NCBI RefSeq assembly: GCF_006345805.1
Contig: NC_042998.1
Location: forward strand, 148,490,001 to 148,554,000
Source: Octopus sinensis
Taxonomy: Eukaryota
Length of the DNA stretch: 64,000 bases
Direction of reading: 5' to 3'
The stretch's first letter is position 1; every line of letters starts with the position of its first letter. The notes below the pieces were generated by a model that saw only the letters and a list, made by a program, of their open reading frames with translations, ran no database searches and was not told the DNA's origin. A program made the translations under genes and the position numbers. Positions 25,880 through 41,577 of the stretch are shown here, piece after piece.

Positions 25880-26170
25880 GAAAACATTTATGACAACAAA
25901 TTGGATAATATCCCTGATCTTAAGTCATGATATAGCTGTCTGCTTTTATATATGGAATTTTTCCGCTTGACAAGGTCTGCAGCTTTGTGATATTCTGATA
26001 TATGTAATGGTTTCAGTTCCAATGTTTCTTGTTATTGAAGGGAATTCATCATATGAATTTTTCTGCATATTTATCTATTTTGACACTGTAGGCTTCTAAC
26101 ATTTCTCCTGAGAGACAGATTCTGTCTTCTTAAAGCACTTGCACATGTTGCAATCACACCAGCGTTGGAC
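25880..26170 (-). mobile_element. Second PLE GIY-YIG 3' remnant, upstream of the degraded element
   Basis: Minus strand: CNMCKCFKKTE...EKC and SCRPCQAEKFHI, paralleling LCQAEN at about 23470-23490. Confidence 0.5.
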
Positions 26171-26439
26171 AGTCCTGAAATACCGATGATATGGGTCAAC
26201 TCACTTTGAAAGATCGTTACTAAGACCTTCGTTATTCCTTACTTCTGAGATTAATAAAAAAAATGTCTACAATCGTGTCTTCAATAGTCCAGAAACTTAG
26301 AGACAAGGAACCTGAATTCTGGAAAATAACTTGAAGTATCGCTGACAAAGCCATCACATTCTTCAGCGGTTCTCAAAGCTGGAGGCGTTTTCTAAAGAAA
26401 AATTTCTTATTAAATCAGTTGCTTTTAGCGACAATTGCA

Positions 26440-26735
26440 ACGATGCATTGTTACATTGATGGTAGGAGTGTTGTTTGTAGTTGGAATGGTGGGAGTGGTG
26501 GAGAATAGTAATGGTAGTGGGAGTAATGACAATGATGATAATAGTAGCAGTAACATCAATGGTGGTGGTGACGTTGATTGTGATAGTGCTATTAGCGTTG
26601 GCGGTGGCGGTGGCCGTGTTGGTGTTGGCGGCAGTATCCTTGCTGCTGTTATTCTTTCTTGCAAAGCTAAAGGTGGCGAGAATTATAGACACAGAGGTAA
26701 TCGGGTGATTGTGGTGTTAATAGTAGTTGCAGTGG

Positions 26736-26767
<32 letters not shown>

Positions 26768-27231
26768 ATAATAGTAGTAGTAGTAGTAGTAGTTGTGGTG
26801 GTGGTGGTTATTTCAGTTATGTTATTGTGGTAGTTATCTTTTAACAGCGTTGATGCTCATGGCGGCGCGAGTGGATGACGATGTTGGCATCTCTTGGAAT
26901 GGTGTAAGCAGCAGATGATGCCAAGTGGGCGATTTACATCAAATGAAAGCACATTTATTTATTTATTTTCGTTGTCGTTTTTATTGTTGTTAATCTTTTG
27001 TTCTTATCAGTCTACTTTTTGTTTTATTTTCTTTTTTTCCACAATTTCTCTTATTTTATTTTAGGTTTTTATCTTTAAAACTTGTTCTCGCGATTCTTTT
27101 GCTCTTCTTTTGTAACCGTTGTTGTTTTTCTTCTTCTTCTTCTTCTTCTTCTTCTTCTTCTTCTTCTTCTTCTTCTTCTTCTTCTTCTTCTTCTTCTTCT
27201 TCTGTTTCTACTGCTGCTGCTGCTGCTGCTG

Positions 27232-27300
<69 letters not shown>

Positions 27301-27416
27301 TTATCTTTTGATTTTTGTTTTTTATTTCTCTCTTATTTTTCTCCTACTGTTTCATCATGATCATGATCATCATCATCACCACCATCACCACCACCACCAC
27401 CATCATCATCATCATT

Positions 27417-27450
<34 letters not shown>

Positions 27451-27580
27451 ATATCTTGCCTCCCTTCAGATTTTCAACTGTTTCAGTATTGGTCGTCTTG
27501 TTATTAATCTGACCATCTCATTGAGAAGGAAGTGCTTTTACGGCTCGCCAATCTCCTCCTCCTCCTCTCCTTATTGTTGC

Positions 27581-27611
<31 letters not shown>

Positions 27612-27625
27612 CTTCTTCTTCTTCT
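26440..27625. repeat. Compound trinucleotide arrays (GGT/TAG/CAT/CTT/CTG/CTA/TTG)
   Basis: Directly visible. Confidence 0.95.
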
Positions 27626-28137
27626 TCTTCTTCTTTATTCTAGCGCATCTTGAAATGTTTTTACATATTCGTCTTCTTCATATCCTTGTCTCCATCGCCA
27701 TCGAGTAACCATTTTCTTTGGTTTACCAATCCTTGTTGCGGTTTCGAACTTCAGTTGAACTTATTTCAACTTCAGTTGAAGTTATCTCCATCGCCTTACA
27801 CCTTACTTCACCTCTCTTCACTGAAATTATATCACTGGTCTAAGAATATAAAGCTCATCCCTGACACAATTCACAACTTTCGCCATTCCCTAAACCACAA
27901 TGACTTTTATACTTCGTGCTTCATAGAGTTTATTATATAAGAAACCGTATTATAATAATTATAATTTATTGATTTTCGCATTAAAAAAGTTAGCCAAGCA
28001 CAAGATATTGAGTGAGTTATGGAGGTGGACAGTTCTGGCGTATTCCATAGTTCAACATCGTGATTCGTTGAATTGATAAAGGATCAAATGGTGAAAATGG
28101 AACAGCAGTAAGATTATGGTTCAAACAACATCTTTAT

Positions 28138-28550
28138 AGACGCAGGTGAAAAAGCTTCCTTTCCAGCCATATGGTTCCGGTTTCAGTCTCACAACGTGGC
28201 GCATTGGTCAAGTGTCTTCTACAATATCTTCGAGCCAATTAAAGTGGATTTAAAAGACCGAGGCTGAAAGAAGCTCACCGTATATTTATATGCGCGCGCG
28301 CGCGTGTGTGTATGTGTGTGCATGCGTGTGAGTGCGTGTCTTTGTGCCTATGCTTGCCTTCCATCACCGCTTGGCAACCGGTGTTGGCGTATTTACAACC
28401 CCATAACTTAGTGGTTCGGTAGAATAATCCGATAGAATAAGTACCAGGATTTAAAAAAAAAGTGCTGAGGTCGATTTATGCTACTAAATAACAATTCTCC
28501 AAGGCAATGCACCAGCATGGCCGTGGTCAAATGACAGAAGCAAAAGAAAA
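28138..28550 (+). mobile_element. SINE family B copy (diverged)
   Basis: Matches the head, CORE-like and tail segments of 16674-17070. Confidence 0.85.
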
Positions 28551-30140
28551 AACATTACTTTAAAAGAAAATGTCTAATATGAAAAGGCACACACATACGC
28601 ACACGTTTACATACACACACTCACATTCCCTCTCCTTATAGTTGTATATACCCATACACAAACACACACACTCAACCCTTTCCACTTCCCTCTATCTCTC
28701 TACATATACATACATATATGTGTGTGTATGAATGTGTGGGAGAGAGAGAGAGAAGGGGGAGAGAAACATACCAGCCTCATAAGTGAACACATACTGTACT
28801 TCTTATGCTACCTCTCACTCTATCTCTCTTTCTCTCTCTCACCCTCTCTCATTACGATTGAAAACATGACTTGAGAAGCGAACGAACGAACCAACCAACC
28901 AATTAGCCAGTCAACCAACCATCCAACCAGCCAACCAAACAAATCTGCTGTCAATATATAGGATGAATGCAAAATTAATAGCGACACTTAAATAATAACG
29001 ACACTGAATTGAGTCGACTATTCGTCTTCGGCTACAAAATGTTTCATGTGGAATATCATCAAATGAAGTTATTGTTAATAGATTTAACTATTTTAGTTGC
29101 ATTTAAAATGGACTGGAAAAACTGGGGAGCGAACTGGAGTTTGTTCTCTGGTGTCTTGAATGTTTTTTCTTTTGTTTCCGTCATTTGATCGCGGCCATGC
29201 TGGTGCACTGCCTTGGACAATTTTTATTTAGTCGCATAAATCGACCTCAGCACTCCAGGTACTTATTCTATACGCTTACAAGTCTCACAACAACTACCAA
29301 TTCTGTGTATTCCAATTTGCTTAAGTTTCAGCTTGTTGTGTTGTTTGTTTGTTTGTGTGTGTGTGTATGCGTGTTGTTTGTTTGTTTGTGTGTGTGTGTA
29401 TGCGTATGTGTACGTGTGTTTGTGTGTGTATATGTGTGTGCGTGCGTGTGTGTATTGCGTTATATATTTAAACAGTTGTGTTTCAGAGTGGTAGTAGTCA
29501 AAAGTAAATTAGTAAAACTTGATGCATGACAGGGTCATTGAACCTAACCAAACAGACTTGACGTTTAGACACTGCAGAAGGAAAAACAAAATCTGTCAAA
29601 AGGTGGATGCATTCCAGGGAATCTATTGCCATCCAGTTATGTTTATATATGCTCATTAGATATATATGAGAATGGTTAGACACGTGTTCGTATTTCATTG
29701 AAACAAGAAATAGACGAAATAATAAATTCTCATTACACAATTTCGAAGTTGGTGACAGAAGACCATCAGGGGAAAGTGTTACAGGTATAACATGTTGCCG
29801 TGTTGGCCTGGATGTCACGATACCGAGTAAACGACTGGTATGCTGTTTTTTGGTCTGGATACATATCAAGTAAGATGGTACTTCCAGTTGTGGAAATCCC
29901 TTCAGTCATATTTGTAATGTCTTGCATTCTCACACAACTTCAGTTGTTTTAAATTTGTTTTGCCACCGAGCATAGTTTGTAAGAAAAGGAGAAATAGTCT
30001 GATGCACGTGCAGTTTTTTGTTACTTAATCTAGCCTTTATTTACGTGTTAAGGACTCATTTCTTCCCACTTCCTTTTACAAAAAATGAAGTCTCTGTATG
30101 TATGTGTGTGTATGCGTATATATATATATATATATATATA

Positions 30141-31203
30141 TACCCATGGACTCAAGTGGTTCGGCAGAGATAACTAATTTAGTAGGGGCGAATTTATTAA
30201 AATGCATAAGTTGAGACATCCCGGAATTACAAGGTGGTTTATATAGAGATGATGCTTTGTTTATTGTACCTAGTAACAATAAATCAAAAATTGAGAGAAT
30301 AAGAAAGAAAATTAGTAAATTTTTTAAAGATTTCAACCTAGGCATTACGTATGAACCTAACACCAAGATAGTGAATTTTCTAGACGTTACCTTAGACTTA
30401 AATTCAAAGTTACATTACCCATTTAGAAAGGAGGGTGAAGTTACCAGATACGTAAATAAATTAGCTAATCACCCCCCGAATATACTAAAATCAATAGTGA
30501 AAAATATTTCTCAGAGAATTTCAAAATTATCATCGAATATTGAAATCTTTGACTCTCACTCTAAGCATTATAATGTTGCATTATCCAAGGCTGGATACGA
30601 CCAGGAAATCACCTTCCTAGATCTTGATAACATAAATCTCTTAAACGACCAAGTGAATGTAAATGGCTCAAGTAATATAGAATCTCATACTCTAAATAAA
30701 CATAAATCAATAGAAGAAAAGAACTTAGTATATAAACTCAATAATATGAATGAAAATAGTAAACAGATCATAAATAAATATGAAAATGTTAATCCAGATA
30801 AAATAAATGTAAATAATTATACAAAAATCTCTCCCACTAAGAAAAAACCTAATAAGCATAAAACTAAAACTAAAATGAATAATGAATCTCGTAAGAATAT
30901 GGATAACACTAATCATTCCCACTCTTACTCAAACAATAAATACAAAAGAAAAAATGTTATTTGGTTAAATATCCCCTTCAACTGGACGATCTCGACGAAT
31001 ATATACAGTAGTTTTATGTCTATACTGGAAAAAAATTTCCCAAATATTATAAAATAATTTCCAAGAAATCAGTAAGAATATCATATTCTACTCTTCCAAG
31101 TATGGCTACCATAATAGCTAGACTTAATAGTAAAAATATAAAGTTAGCTAGAGATAGAATAAATAGTAACAATAATAATAGTAATAATAATAATAAAAAT
31201 AAC

Positions 31204-31249
<46 letters not shown>

Positions 31250-31261
31250 ATAATGATGATG

Positions 31262-31327
<66 letters not shown>

Positions 31328-31930
31328 TTAATAATATAGGTAGTATAGATAAAATGTAGTAGGTGAAGATAGTGAGAATGGATTAATAACTAGTAACCCC
31401 AGTTTACATAACAATGTAACTACTATTAGAGAAAATAACACTAATACTAATAACAACTCAGATAACAGACATGAAAACGAATTGTCCATAAATAATACTA
31501 GTACCAGGAATTATCCCCCAGTTGTAATTGTAGGATTAGATCGAAATGTCCGGTATCTGACCGCTGTTTGGTCCAAAATGTGATTTATAAATGTACAATA
31601 GTAACTTCAAATAACAACTATCTTTATTTCGGTTGTTCTGTAGATCTAAAAAAAACGTTTAAACAATCATTTTTCTTCCTTTAGGCTCAAACACAAAGCA
31701 GGTTGCACAACATTGTCTAGTAAAATTTGGGAACTGAAAACGAATAATATAGAATTCAACCTGAAATGGGATATAGTAAGAAAAGCACGGCCTTATAAAA
31801 ATAGTAGAGATGGTTGTGAACTTTGTGCTATGGAAACATGAAATTTTAAAACATAGGAGTAATACAAATATGTTAAATAACCGTTCGGAGTTAGGATTAT
31901 CTTGCATACATCGCACAACCCGTACGTTTA
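30141..31930 (+). mobile_element. Penelope-like element, 5'-truncated (RT C-half plus GIY-YIG endonuclease), Naiad-like motifs
   Basis: SAEITNLVG...GGLYRDDAL; VNFLDVTLDL; ANHPPNI; RKNVIWLNIPF; ISYSTLPSM; CNCRIRSKCPVSDRCLVQNVIYKC..YLYFG..KRLNNHFSSF; GCELCAME; SCIHR. Several frameshifts. The clade name is inferred from recalled motifs. Confidence 0.9.
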
Positions 31931-33116
31931 AATATTTTAAATAATGATACTGTGACTATTCCTAAATTTTTAAAATTCTAATTATTTATAACCAAATAAG
32001 AATGAATATACCATACTGGTTTTTAATTCAACATACATAGATTACTAAAAAACTTCATTGCAAACTTGGAATTAAATTCTCCCTTTTTTCTTTTTTTGAT
32101 AATCTCCTATACTAAATAATATGTCTATGTCCCTAAAGAAACTACTCAGTTCTCCTTGATTATCTCACTTCCATTTCTTAATTTATCATTAAGCTAGGAT
32201 ATTTTTTACCTAACTAATTAGCCTTTCTCCGCGGGTAGTAAATATTATGTCTAACAGATTCTATATTTTAATTCATTAATAACATTTCACTATCTACGAA
32301 ATCTGAGTAATTTACTCTTCATAATTACTTCTCTTCCTAAAAATAAATCACCTTCTACTAAACCTATGAAAACCTTTCTTCTTGATTACTCCCCTTCCAG
32401 TTTTCCTATTATATATATTTGACCCCTAATATATTCACTTGATTAATAAGACTTTTGTCCTCAGTTAATGAGTATTATGCTTACTCATAATAAGTGATAG
32501 ATTTTTCTCCAAAATGAATAGATATTAAATTTATAATTTCTCCTTTAATCCAACGTATCAAAATATTCAAAATCTACCAGCTAAGTATAAAGTTGATGTA
32601 TATAAGTATAAAAAAATCTCTATTTTCTCTATGAGTGGTCACTATGACCATTTGACATTGACCTAGTTTTCCTAATACGAAATTTGTTTGCCAAATAGTA
32701 GCAAACAGCCTCTGTAGCATTACAACCCTCTCTCTACCTTAATTTCTTTATATAGAAGTTTGACATCTATTTCACCCCTATTTCTATAAATAGAAAATCT
32801 TTCTTGTCTCCTTTCAATTGATCATTCTTCCCAAACCTTGTAGCAGTTCAAAACAGCTGAATATTCTTCAGTCAGTTGATAAATTCTACTACCTTAATGT
32901 TCTTAAAATTTAAATCGACATCTTTGCCTATATATCTACCTTCTCTATAATGTTATCAATTGATATGAAAATTATGTATTAATGGAAAACCATCTATTAA
33001 TGGTTGATGATTGCTCAACATTTTAAAACTATTGTAATACCTACAACATTTAATAAAATGATGTAGCGTGAAACGATCGTACCAAATTACCGAAGTTATT
33101 CTTGTTGCTTATTTTG

Positions 33117-33201
<85 letters not shown>

Positions 33202-33326
33202 CACATATATACATATATACACATATAGTTAATCCAAACATGAACAAAGAGAAAACACAACAACGCGAGGACGCGGAACAAGTATAGTGTTATTGGACGC
33301 TCAGGAAAGGAAAGAAAGAAGGAGGA

Positions 33327-33360
33327 TTTTAACGTTTCGAGTGGACCTCTTCGTCAGAAA
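33327..33360 (-). ncRNA. Minimal PLE-type hammerhead ribozyme motif
   Basis: Minus strand reads TTT-CTGACGA-A-GAG-gtcca-CTC-GAAA-CG-TT-AAAA. Core intact; minimal ACGT palindromic stem III. Lies in a ~220-bp non-coding repeat (33217-33435). Confidence 0.6.
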
Positions 33361-33448
33361 CATAGAAAAAGGAAAGGTCCAAGGGAGGGAAGACGGAGAA
33401 AGAAAATCGCCAACGATACACACGCGGTCATATTTACACACACACCCA

Positions 33449-33501
<53 letters not shown>

Positions 33502-34022
33502 TATGTGAATATAAAACAAACAGAAAAGTTGTGGTGGGAGGAGAAATGCTAGAGGGGAAAGGTGGAGGAGAAAATCTCAAAAGAAAGAGAAGGAAAGGAG
33601 TGATAAAGGAAGAGAAATATGGACAATATAGTCGTGAAATTGTGAACAGGAGGGATTCCGATCGCAAAAATGAGATAGAATAGTTATAGAAACATGAGAG
33701 AGAGAAAGAGAGAGAGGAAGAGAAAAGAAAGAGATAGAATGGAAGAAACAATAGAGGGGTAAAGATGACAAAAGGAATCATGAATAAAAAATAAATAAAA
33801 TATTTTTAAATGTCGATAAAATAGAAACCTGAAAAAATTAAATTGGCGAGGAGTGAGTTCATCGAGATGTGGGTAGAGTAAAAGAAACAAGGAAAGAAGT
33901 AGAGAAATTACTGAGAAAATTGTGAGAGATATAAAGAGAATATAAGGAGAGGGGGCGACAAGAGATAGAGAGAGAGGGGGGAGATGGGAAAGTTGGAGAG
34001 AGAGAGAGAGGGGAGAGAGAGG

Positions 34023-34075
<53 letters not shown>

Positions 34076-34392
34076 AAATAATAGCTTCTCAAGAGAATAA
34101 CATCATTTTTGTCGTCAGCTAGTTACGAGAAAATAGGAAATTATATTCGAAAAGTAAGGAGGGAAACACAAACACATGCACACATATAAACACAATTATA
34201 TATGTATGTACATACACACACACACACACATGCACGCACGTGCACATACGCACACAAGCACACTAACACTCTCAAACACACACGAAGAAATCGAATCATA
34301 AAATTTATATAAAACGATAAATTTGGTCACCCATGGCACACTGTGTAAAAGACTACGTAATGCAACGTGGAGATAGGTTTCACTTATTTTTT

Positions 34393-34434
<42 letters not shown>

Positions 34435-34659
34435 AGCAGCAGCAGCAACAACAACAACAATAAAAGTGATAAACGTAATAAAAATGCCTGTTTAATAGCT
34501 ATAACATTGTTGCTTCATGGAGAATTTAAGCTTATTTTGATGTTGGTTACAACCACTATCCGTAACTGGAAAACACCAACGACGTTTAGAAACTTGACAA
34601 CGTTAGATAATACCACCATTTAAATTCTAAAGCGATCGATTATCTCTTGGATAAGAACT

Positions 34660-37600
34660 GCCAAAGAACACTTCTGTGTTGAGACTTGCTAAAACATACT
34701 TTTGTTCTGACACTTATCAAAGAATGGAAACTTCTCAATTTGATGCACACCACACACTCAAAGCCCTCTTTCCAAATGCGGCTGGGAGGTTCCAAGATAA
34801 TCTATCGAAAAACTCTATAAAAACCTCCTCCCAGACACATCAAAGGACGAGGAAGCCAAAACTTTCGACACAAGTAAGTAACTCTCTGTACCTTCCTTTT
34901 TGTGTTTTAAAGCACACACCTCAATAGGATCATGGTCAAGATTGGTTGTGTGAATGCGCGTGGGTTGGGGCCTCCTTGGAAACAAGGGTACCTCCTAAAT
35001 GACATCAAGTCACACGATTGGGAATAATAGCCATAAGTGAGACCAGACTCCACGAGTCACGGGCCCTAAAGTCCATGTTTGGCGGACAGTTTAACATTTA
35101 CTTTTTCCCTGTCTGCCGAGGATGGGCGGTAGTGGCACCGCGGTACGTTTTCACAAGAGCCTGGATCTCGAACTCAAGACTATATTCGTTGACCCGGAGG
35201 GTAGAATGGTCGTCCTGGATGTCGACGGCAGCAATGGGTGCGCTTTTCGCATCGTATCAGTCTACGCACCGCCTTTAACAGGTCAGCCGGATTTCTTTCG
35301 ACGTCTAGAAGTATTCCTGGGAACGTCTCGTCCGTTACTTTTAGTGGGGGATTGGAATGCTACCTTGGACACGCATCTAGACTATGTGGGGAGAAACAAA
35401 AACAGAAGGGGATGCAAATGCCTCAGAGACCTGCTCAGACGATTCCAACTGTCTGACAGGTACCGACTCGACCACCCAAATGCACCAACGTGGACATGGA
35501 GCAACCGCAGTGGGTCGTCGAGATCGTATCTAGATAGGATACTGTGTAGGACAGTAGATAGAGATAATTTAGGATGTCCACAATTCTACACAGTCAGCTA
35601 CACGGATCAAAAATTCGTGACTTGTACGCAAGACTTAGGTAAGGCACATAGAAAGGATCCCGGTTACTGGAAACTAAACGCATATTTCCCGTCTAGACAG
35701 GTTTTCAGAGACAGAATCAACACGTTAGTAAAGAGGGCTTTAACAGGAGCCATCGTCAACAACAAATGATGGTTCGCCCTCAAGAGAGCAGTAAAAGCGG
35801 AAGCAATTAGATATAGCAAGGCGCTAGCCGTAGATAGAAATAGAGAAGAGTAGAGTTAGTTAAGAAGTTAGAAGAGGCAATAAGAAGCGGCATCACATCC
35901 AACGTTTTGGCGGCGAGGTTGGCCCTCGACCAACACTTCAACGCCAAACACGAAGGGTGTGCTGTCAGGGCTAGGCTGCGTGCTCTAAGGATGGAAGGTG
36001 TTGGAGCGCGAGAGAGGCTCGGGTGGCGGAGGCGCAGCAGGGCAACAAAGACACCATTCGGTCTCTGGTAGAGACTTCTGTGCCCACCTGCACAGCCTGC
36101 CACAACTCTCGGCAAGAGAGGCAAAGTGCTGCGAAGGTGCCATCACGGCGGTGGATGTGCGGGACGTAATGGCAGAATGCTCGAGAGACAAATCGCCGGG
36201 TTTGGGTGGTCTGCCCATACGAGTTTTACAATTGTATGCCAGACTTGTTTGGAGACGTCTTGGCAGCGGTATACTGCAACTGGCAGCAAAACGGGAGAAT
36301 ACCCGGTTTTGTGAGTCGAGGAGCCGTAACGCTGCTGAAGAAAAATCCAAACAAGGGGGACATTATAGATAACTTTAGGCCCATCACTCTGTTCAATACA
36401 GACCTGAAAATTTTGACAAAGGTGTTAGCCAAGAGGTTGGCGCTTGTCATCCAGAAACTGGTTGACAGGGTGCAAACGTGCGCCGTGTCGGGCCGGAGCA
36501 TCCATGACAACCTCCATCTGATGCGCTACATCATAGACAGGGTAGTTAAGAAACCTGGCATGGGTGGGGCCCTGATCAATTTGGATCAATCAAAAGCTTT
36601 CGATAGGGTAGACCATCGATACTTGGAGGCAGTCCTGAGAGCGGCTGGTTGCGGTCCCGTCTTCCGTGGCTGGATAGCTGCTTTGTACAGAGGTATCCGT
36701 TCGGTAATTCGCGTAAATGGACATCTATCGAGACCCTTCGACATTGCACGTTCGGTCCGTCAGGGATACCCCCTCTCGTCGCTTCTATACGTATTGACTC
36801 TAGAGCCACTACTGCGGAAGCTGGCGACTCTGATGGGCATCCCGCGAGAATTGGGATGCGGGACGAGCGTGTCTGCATACGCGGACGACGTCACCGTTAT
36901 AGTGTCAAGCCACGAGCACATGGAGCTGGTCGGCGAGACACTGAAAGACTACGAAGCGGTGACAGGAACGAAAATCAACCAGGAAAAGTCAGTGGGCTTG
37001 CGGCTCATGCCGTCCACCAGCGCCTCCGTCGTGGTACGCTGGACGGACGTTGTCCCAACCCTACCATCACCAAACTACAACGCATTCTCTTTCACTTCCT
37101 GTGGAAAGGATCCGTCCCGATGGTCAGGCGATCCATTTGCTGTCAATACCCGTTAAAAGGAGGGCCGAGCATGCCGTGGTTGATGATGTGCAGACACGCG
37201 TTGAGACTGCGACATCTCCAGCTCTATGTAGACAACGGTGAACAGGTATGGTCATCGTTTGTGAGGCACCCCTTTCCGCAGCTCGTCTCTATGACCGAAC
37301 TGCAGTCTTGGATCAAAAAGAGGCCGAGGGAGGGCGAATGGCACCGCTAGTGTCGCGTTGCTCTCAAGCAACTATGCCGTCCCGGGTCGACCTTGAGTGA
37401 CTTCAACACAGCCAAAGCATTCTATCGGGGATTAGTGGAGGGGAGGTACGACGACGATCTTAGGGCGAACCTGGGCGTTGACGAGGAATACCTGAACCGC
37501 CTGTTTGAGACGACTTTCGGGCCGGGACCTATGGACAACTTCTAGAGATCCCTGGCCTGGCAGTGCTACCGAGAAGCGCTACCCGTTATGGATAAGCTCT

Positions 37601-38396
37601 ATAGGCATGGCTCGAGAAACACGGGGCCGGCCTGCCTGAGATGCGGTCAGAGCGACGAAACCGTTCTGCTCGCACTCGTGCAGTGTCCAACAATCTCCGA
37701 CCTGTGGACTTATGTTGAACGACTGCTGTCGCGTGTGGGACGTGTCGGTTTATCAGCCGAGTCTATCGTTAATATCGTCACGCCTCCTTCCTTCAAACAG
37801 GAAGGAAGAGCTATTTTTATCATACTTGTGGCTATGGCGAAAGAATGTATCTGGTGGACGCGCCTGAAAAAAATATAGACAAACACTTTCCTCTCAGGTC
37901 ACTCTCTCATCAACTTCTTCAAGTATCACTTGAAAAGGAAAGTGAGAGTAGAGAGGCAAGTTTTAAAAAATGTTTTTAAAAAAGATGGGTGAATGTAGCA
38001 AGGATGGCACATATGAATGACGAAGACACCCTGAGTATGATCCTATGAACCGTAAAAATTTAATAGAGTTACTTATTTGTAAAAAAATATAACATATGAC
38101 TTCATTGACCGAGGTTACCGTGGTCTTTTCCGTAGGCTTTTCTTTCCACGGGTAAACTTCACCTGTCTTCCCCTTTACACTTTATATTGACATTTCTGTG
38201 ATAATGATCCATATTGATCGATTTTTTTCTTTTTCCTTTTATTTTTATTTTTCTCCTTTGTTTTTTTTTTTGCTTTCCTCTCTCTTTTTACGATCCCTAT
38301 TGATCGAAAACCAAACCCCCTTTTTTTTAAACCCCAAAAAGAAAAGCTCTACCTTGTGTGCAACCTGTGTGCAACCTGTGTGGCTAATAAAGAAAC
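34660..38396 (+). mobile_element. Tx1/L1-clade non-LTR retrotransposon, frameshifted ORF2 (APE endonuclease, RT, C-terminal zinc knuckle), probably 5'-truncated in ORF1
   Basis: ORF2 ATG at 34932 (MVKIGCVNARGL...IIAISET; VSVYAP; LLVGDWNA; SYLDRIL; YWKLN). RT 36206-37156 (NFRPITLFNTDLKILTKVLAKRL, LDQSKAFDRVDH, VRQGYPLSSLLY, AYADD). CLRCGQSDETVLLALVQCP at 37588-37878. 3' end AATAAAGAAAC followed by (TATC)n. The 5' boundary is approximate. Confidence 0.93.
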
Positions 38397-38439
38397 ATAT
38401 CTATCTATCTATCTATCTATCTCAACCCAAGCATTCTAT

Positions 38440-40110
<1,671 letters not shown>

Positions 40111-41167
40111 AAATCCGTTAAATCTTGTTGACAATATATTACACCATTGAATTTTACTGTGATGTTACTTCATACAAGAACAAAGAATCGTAATCTTGCT
40201 GCAAATAATAGCATTTATTATATCCAAACATCCAACATCTGGTATTACTTTGCCACAATGGTTAAATAAAACTATTGGAAATGTTTTGCATAACAAATTA
40301 TTTTTTCGCAGACAGTGATACAAGAAACATTATGTAATGGATACTACATCCAACAGGGGTGGCCATCCGCTACCTAAATTATATACAGCTGTTTTGAATT
40401 TAATGTGCAGCACGTAAAAAGTGTTTTACTGTGTTTCTTTCTGCATTGCAATTAATATGAATGATAAGCAGGAATAGCATTTGCAAAATATACAATCCAT
40501 ATTTCGCATTCACAGATTTAGAGGCTCGTGTGTAACTTCGCTCGTGACTGTGGTCTTAGACATCAAATAAAAGCTGGTGTGTTACACGAATCTGCTCACT
40601 GTGATATCCCAACTATGATTTACACGGAGTTAATACAACTTTTTTATTCTGCTTACAGGAAGCACAAGAGTAGCTATCATATATATATGTGTGTGTGTGT
40701 GTGAGAGAGAGAGTGTGTGCATGTGTGTGTGTTTATGCGTGTGTGCGTTTGTGTGCGTTTGTGTGTGTGTGTGTATGTGTGTGTTTGTGTGTGTGTGTGT
40801 GAAAAATAATTAAGGTGGCTAGACGCAGTTCAAAACCCAAAAAGTATTAATTCACCGTCAATAAAAAGTGACGAAGGGCGCAGGGAGCACCATCATTGCT
40901 AGAAATAAAAGTTATAGAACGTTTTAGCCACAGAAGCACACGTTCTATTTCCTGATAAGGGAGACAACCTCTCTACCGCAGGCGAATGGCATTAGACTGA
41001 CATGCCATTTTCGCACAGAATTTAATGCTCATCTGAAATGCTTATTCCAATGCAGGTGATGAAGCTGAATTCTGCCCTGTCATATATAGAATTTACCATA
41101 GGAATCAGTGCTGATTCCGCAAAATGGTAATGTGAAAATTATAAAATGATTATGTATGTATGTATGC

Positions 41168-41243
<76 letters not shown>

Positions 41244-41306
41244 CATACATACATACATAGATACATACATGCATACATACATACATGCATACATACATAC
41301 ATACAC

Positions 41307-41378
<72 letters not shown>

Positions 41379-41577
41379 GAGCGTAAAATAGTGCAATAGT
41401 TATATCTCAAAAATCATAATAAAGATAAGTATGTAATATTAGCATTATTGTATTAATGAATAAATAAACAGCTATGGTTATTAAAAAGTTTTAAAATGTC
41501 TAAAAGTTCTTACGATCGTTTCATGAAATTACTTCCTCTTAGAATGAAATCTAATGTTTATAAGTATCGTTGGGAAG

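Noticed and set aside
26363-26692. 109-aa Thr/His-rich ORF as a host exon
   Set aside because: Mostly cryptic triplet repeat; no start context or splice evidence.
29498-29869. 123-aa minus-strand ORF; faint GPCR-like phrases in an alternative frame
   Set aside because: No recognisable domain, the alternative frame has multiple stops, and there is no splice support.
31500-31930. Selenocysteine (UGA) in the Naiad-like GIY-YIG domain
   Set aside because: All conserved Cys positions I can read (CNC, CP, CL, CELC, CIH) are TGT/TGC. The TGA after ATGGAAACA is explained by a frameshift, and I see no convincing SECIS.
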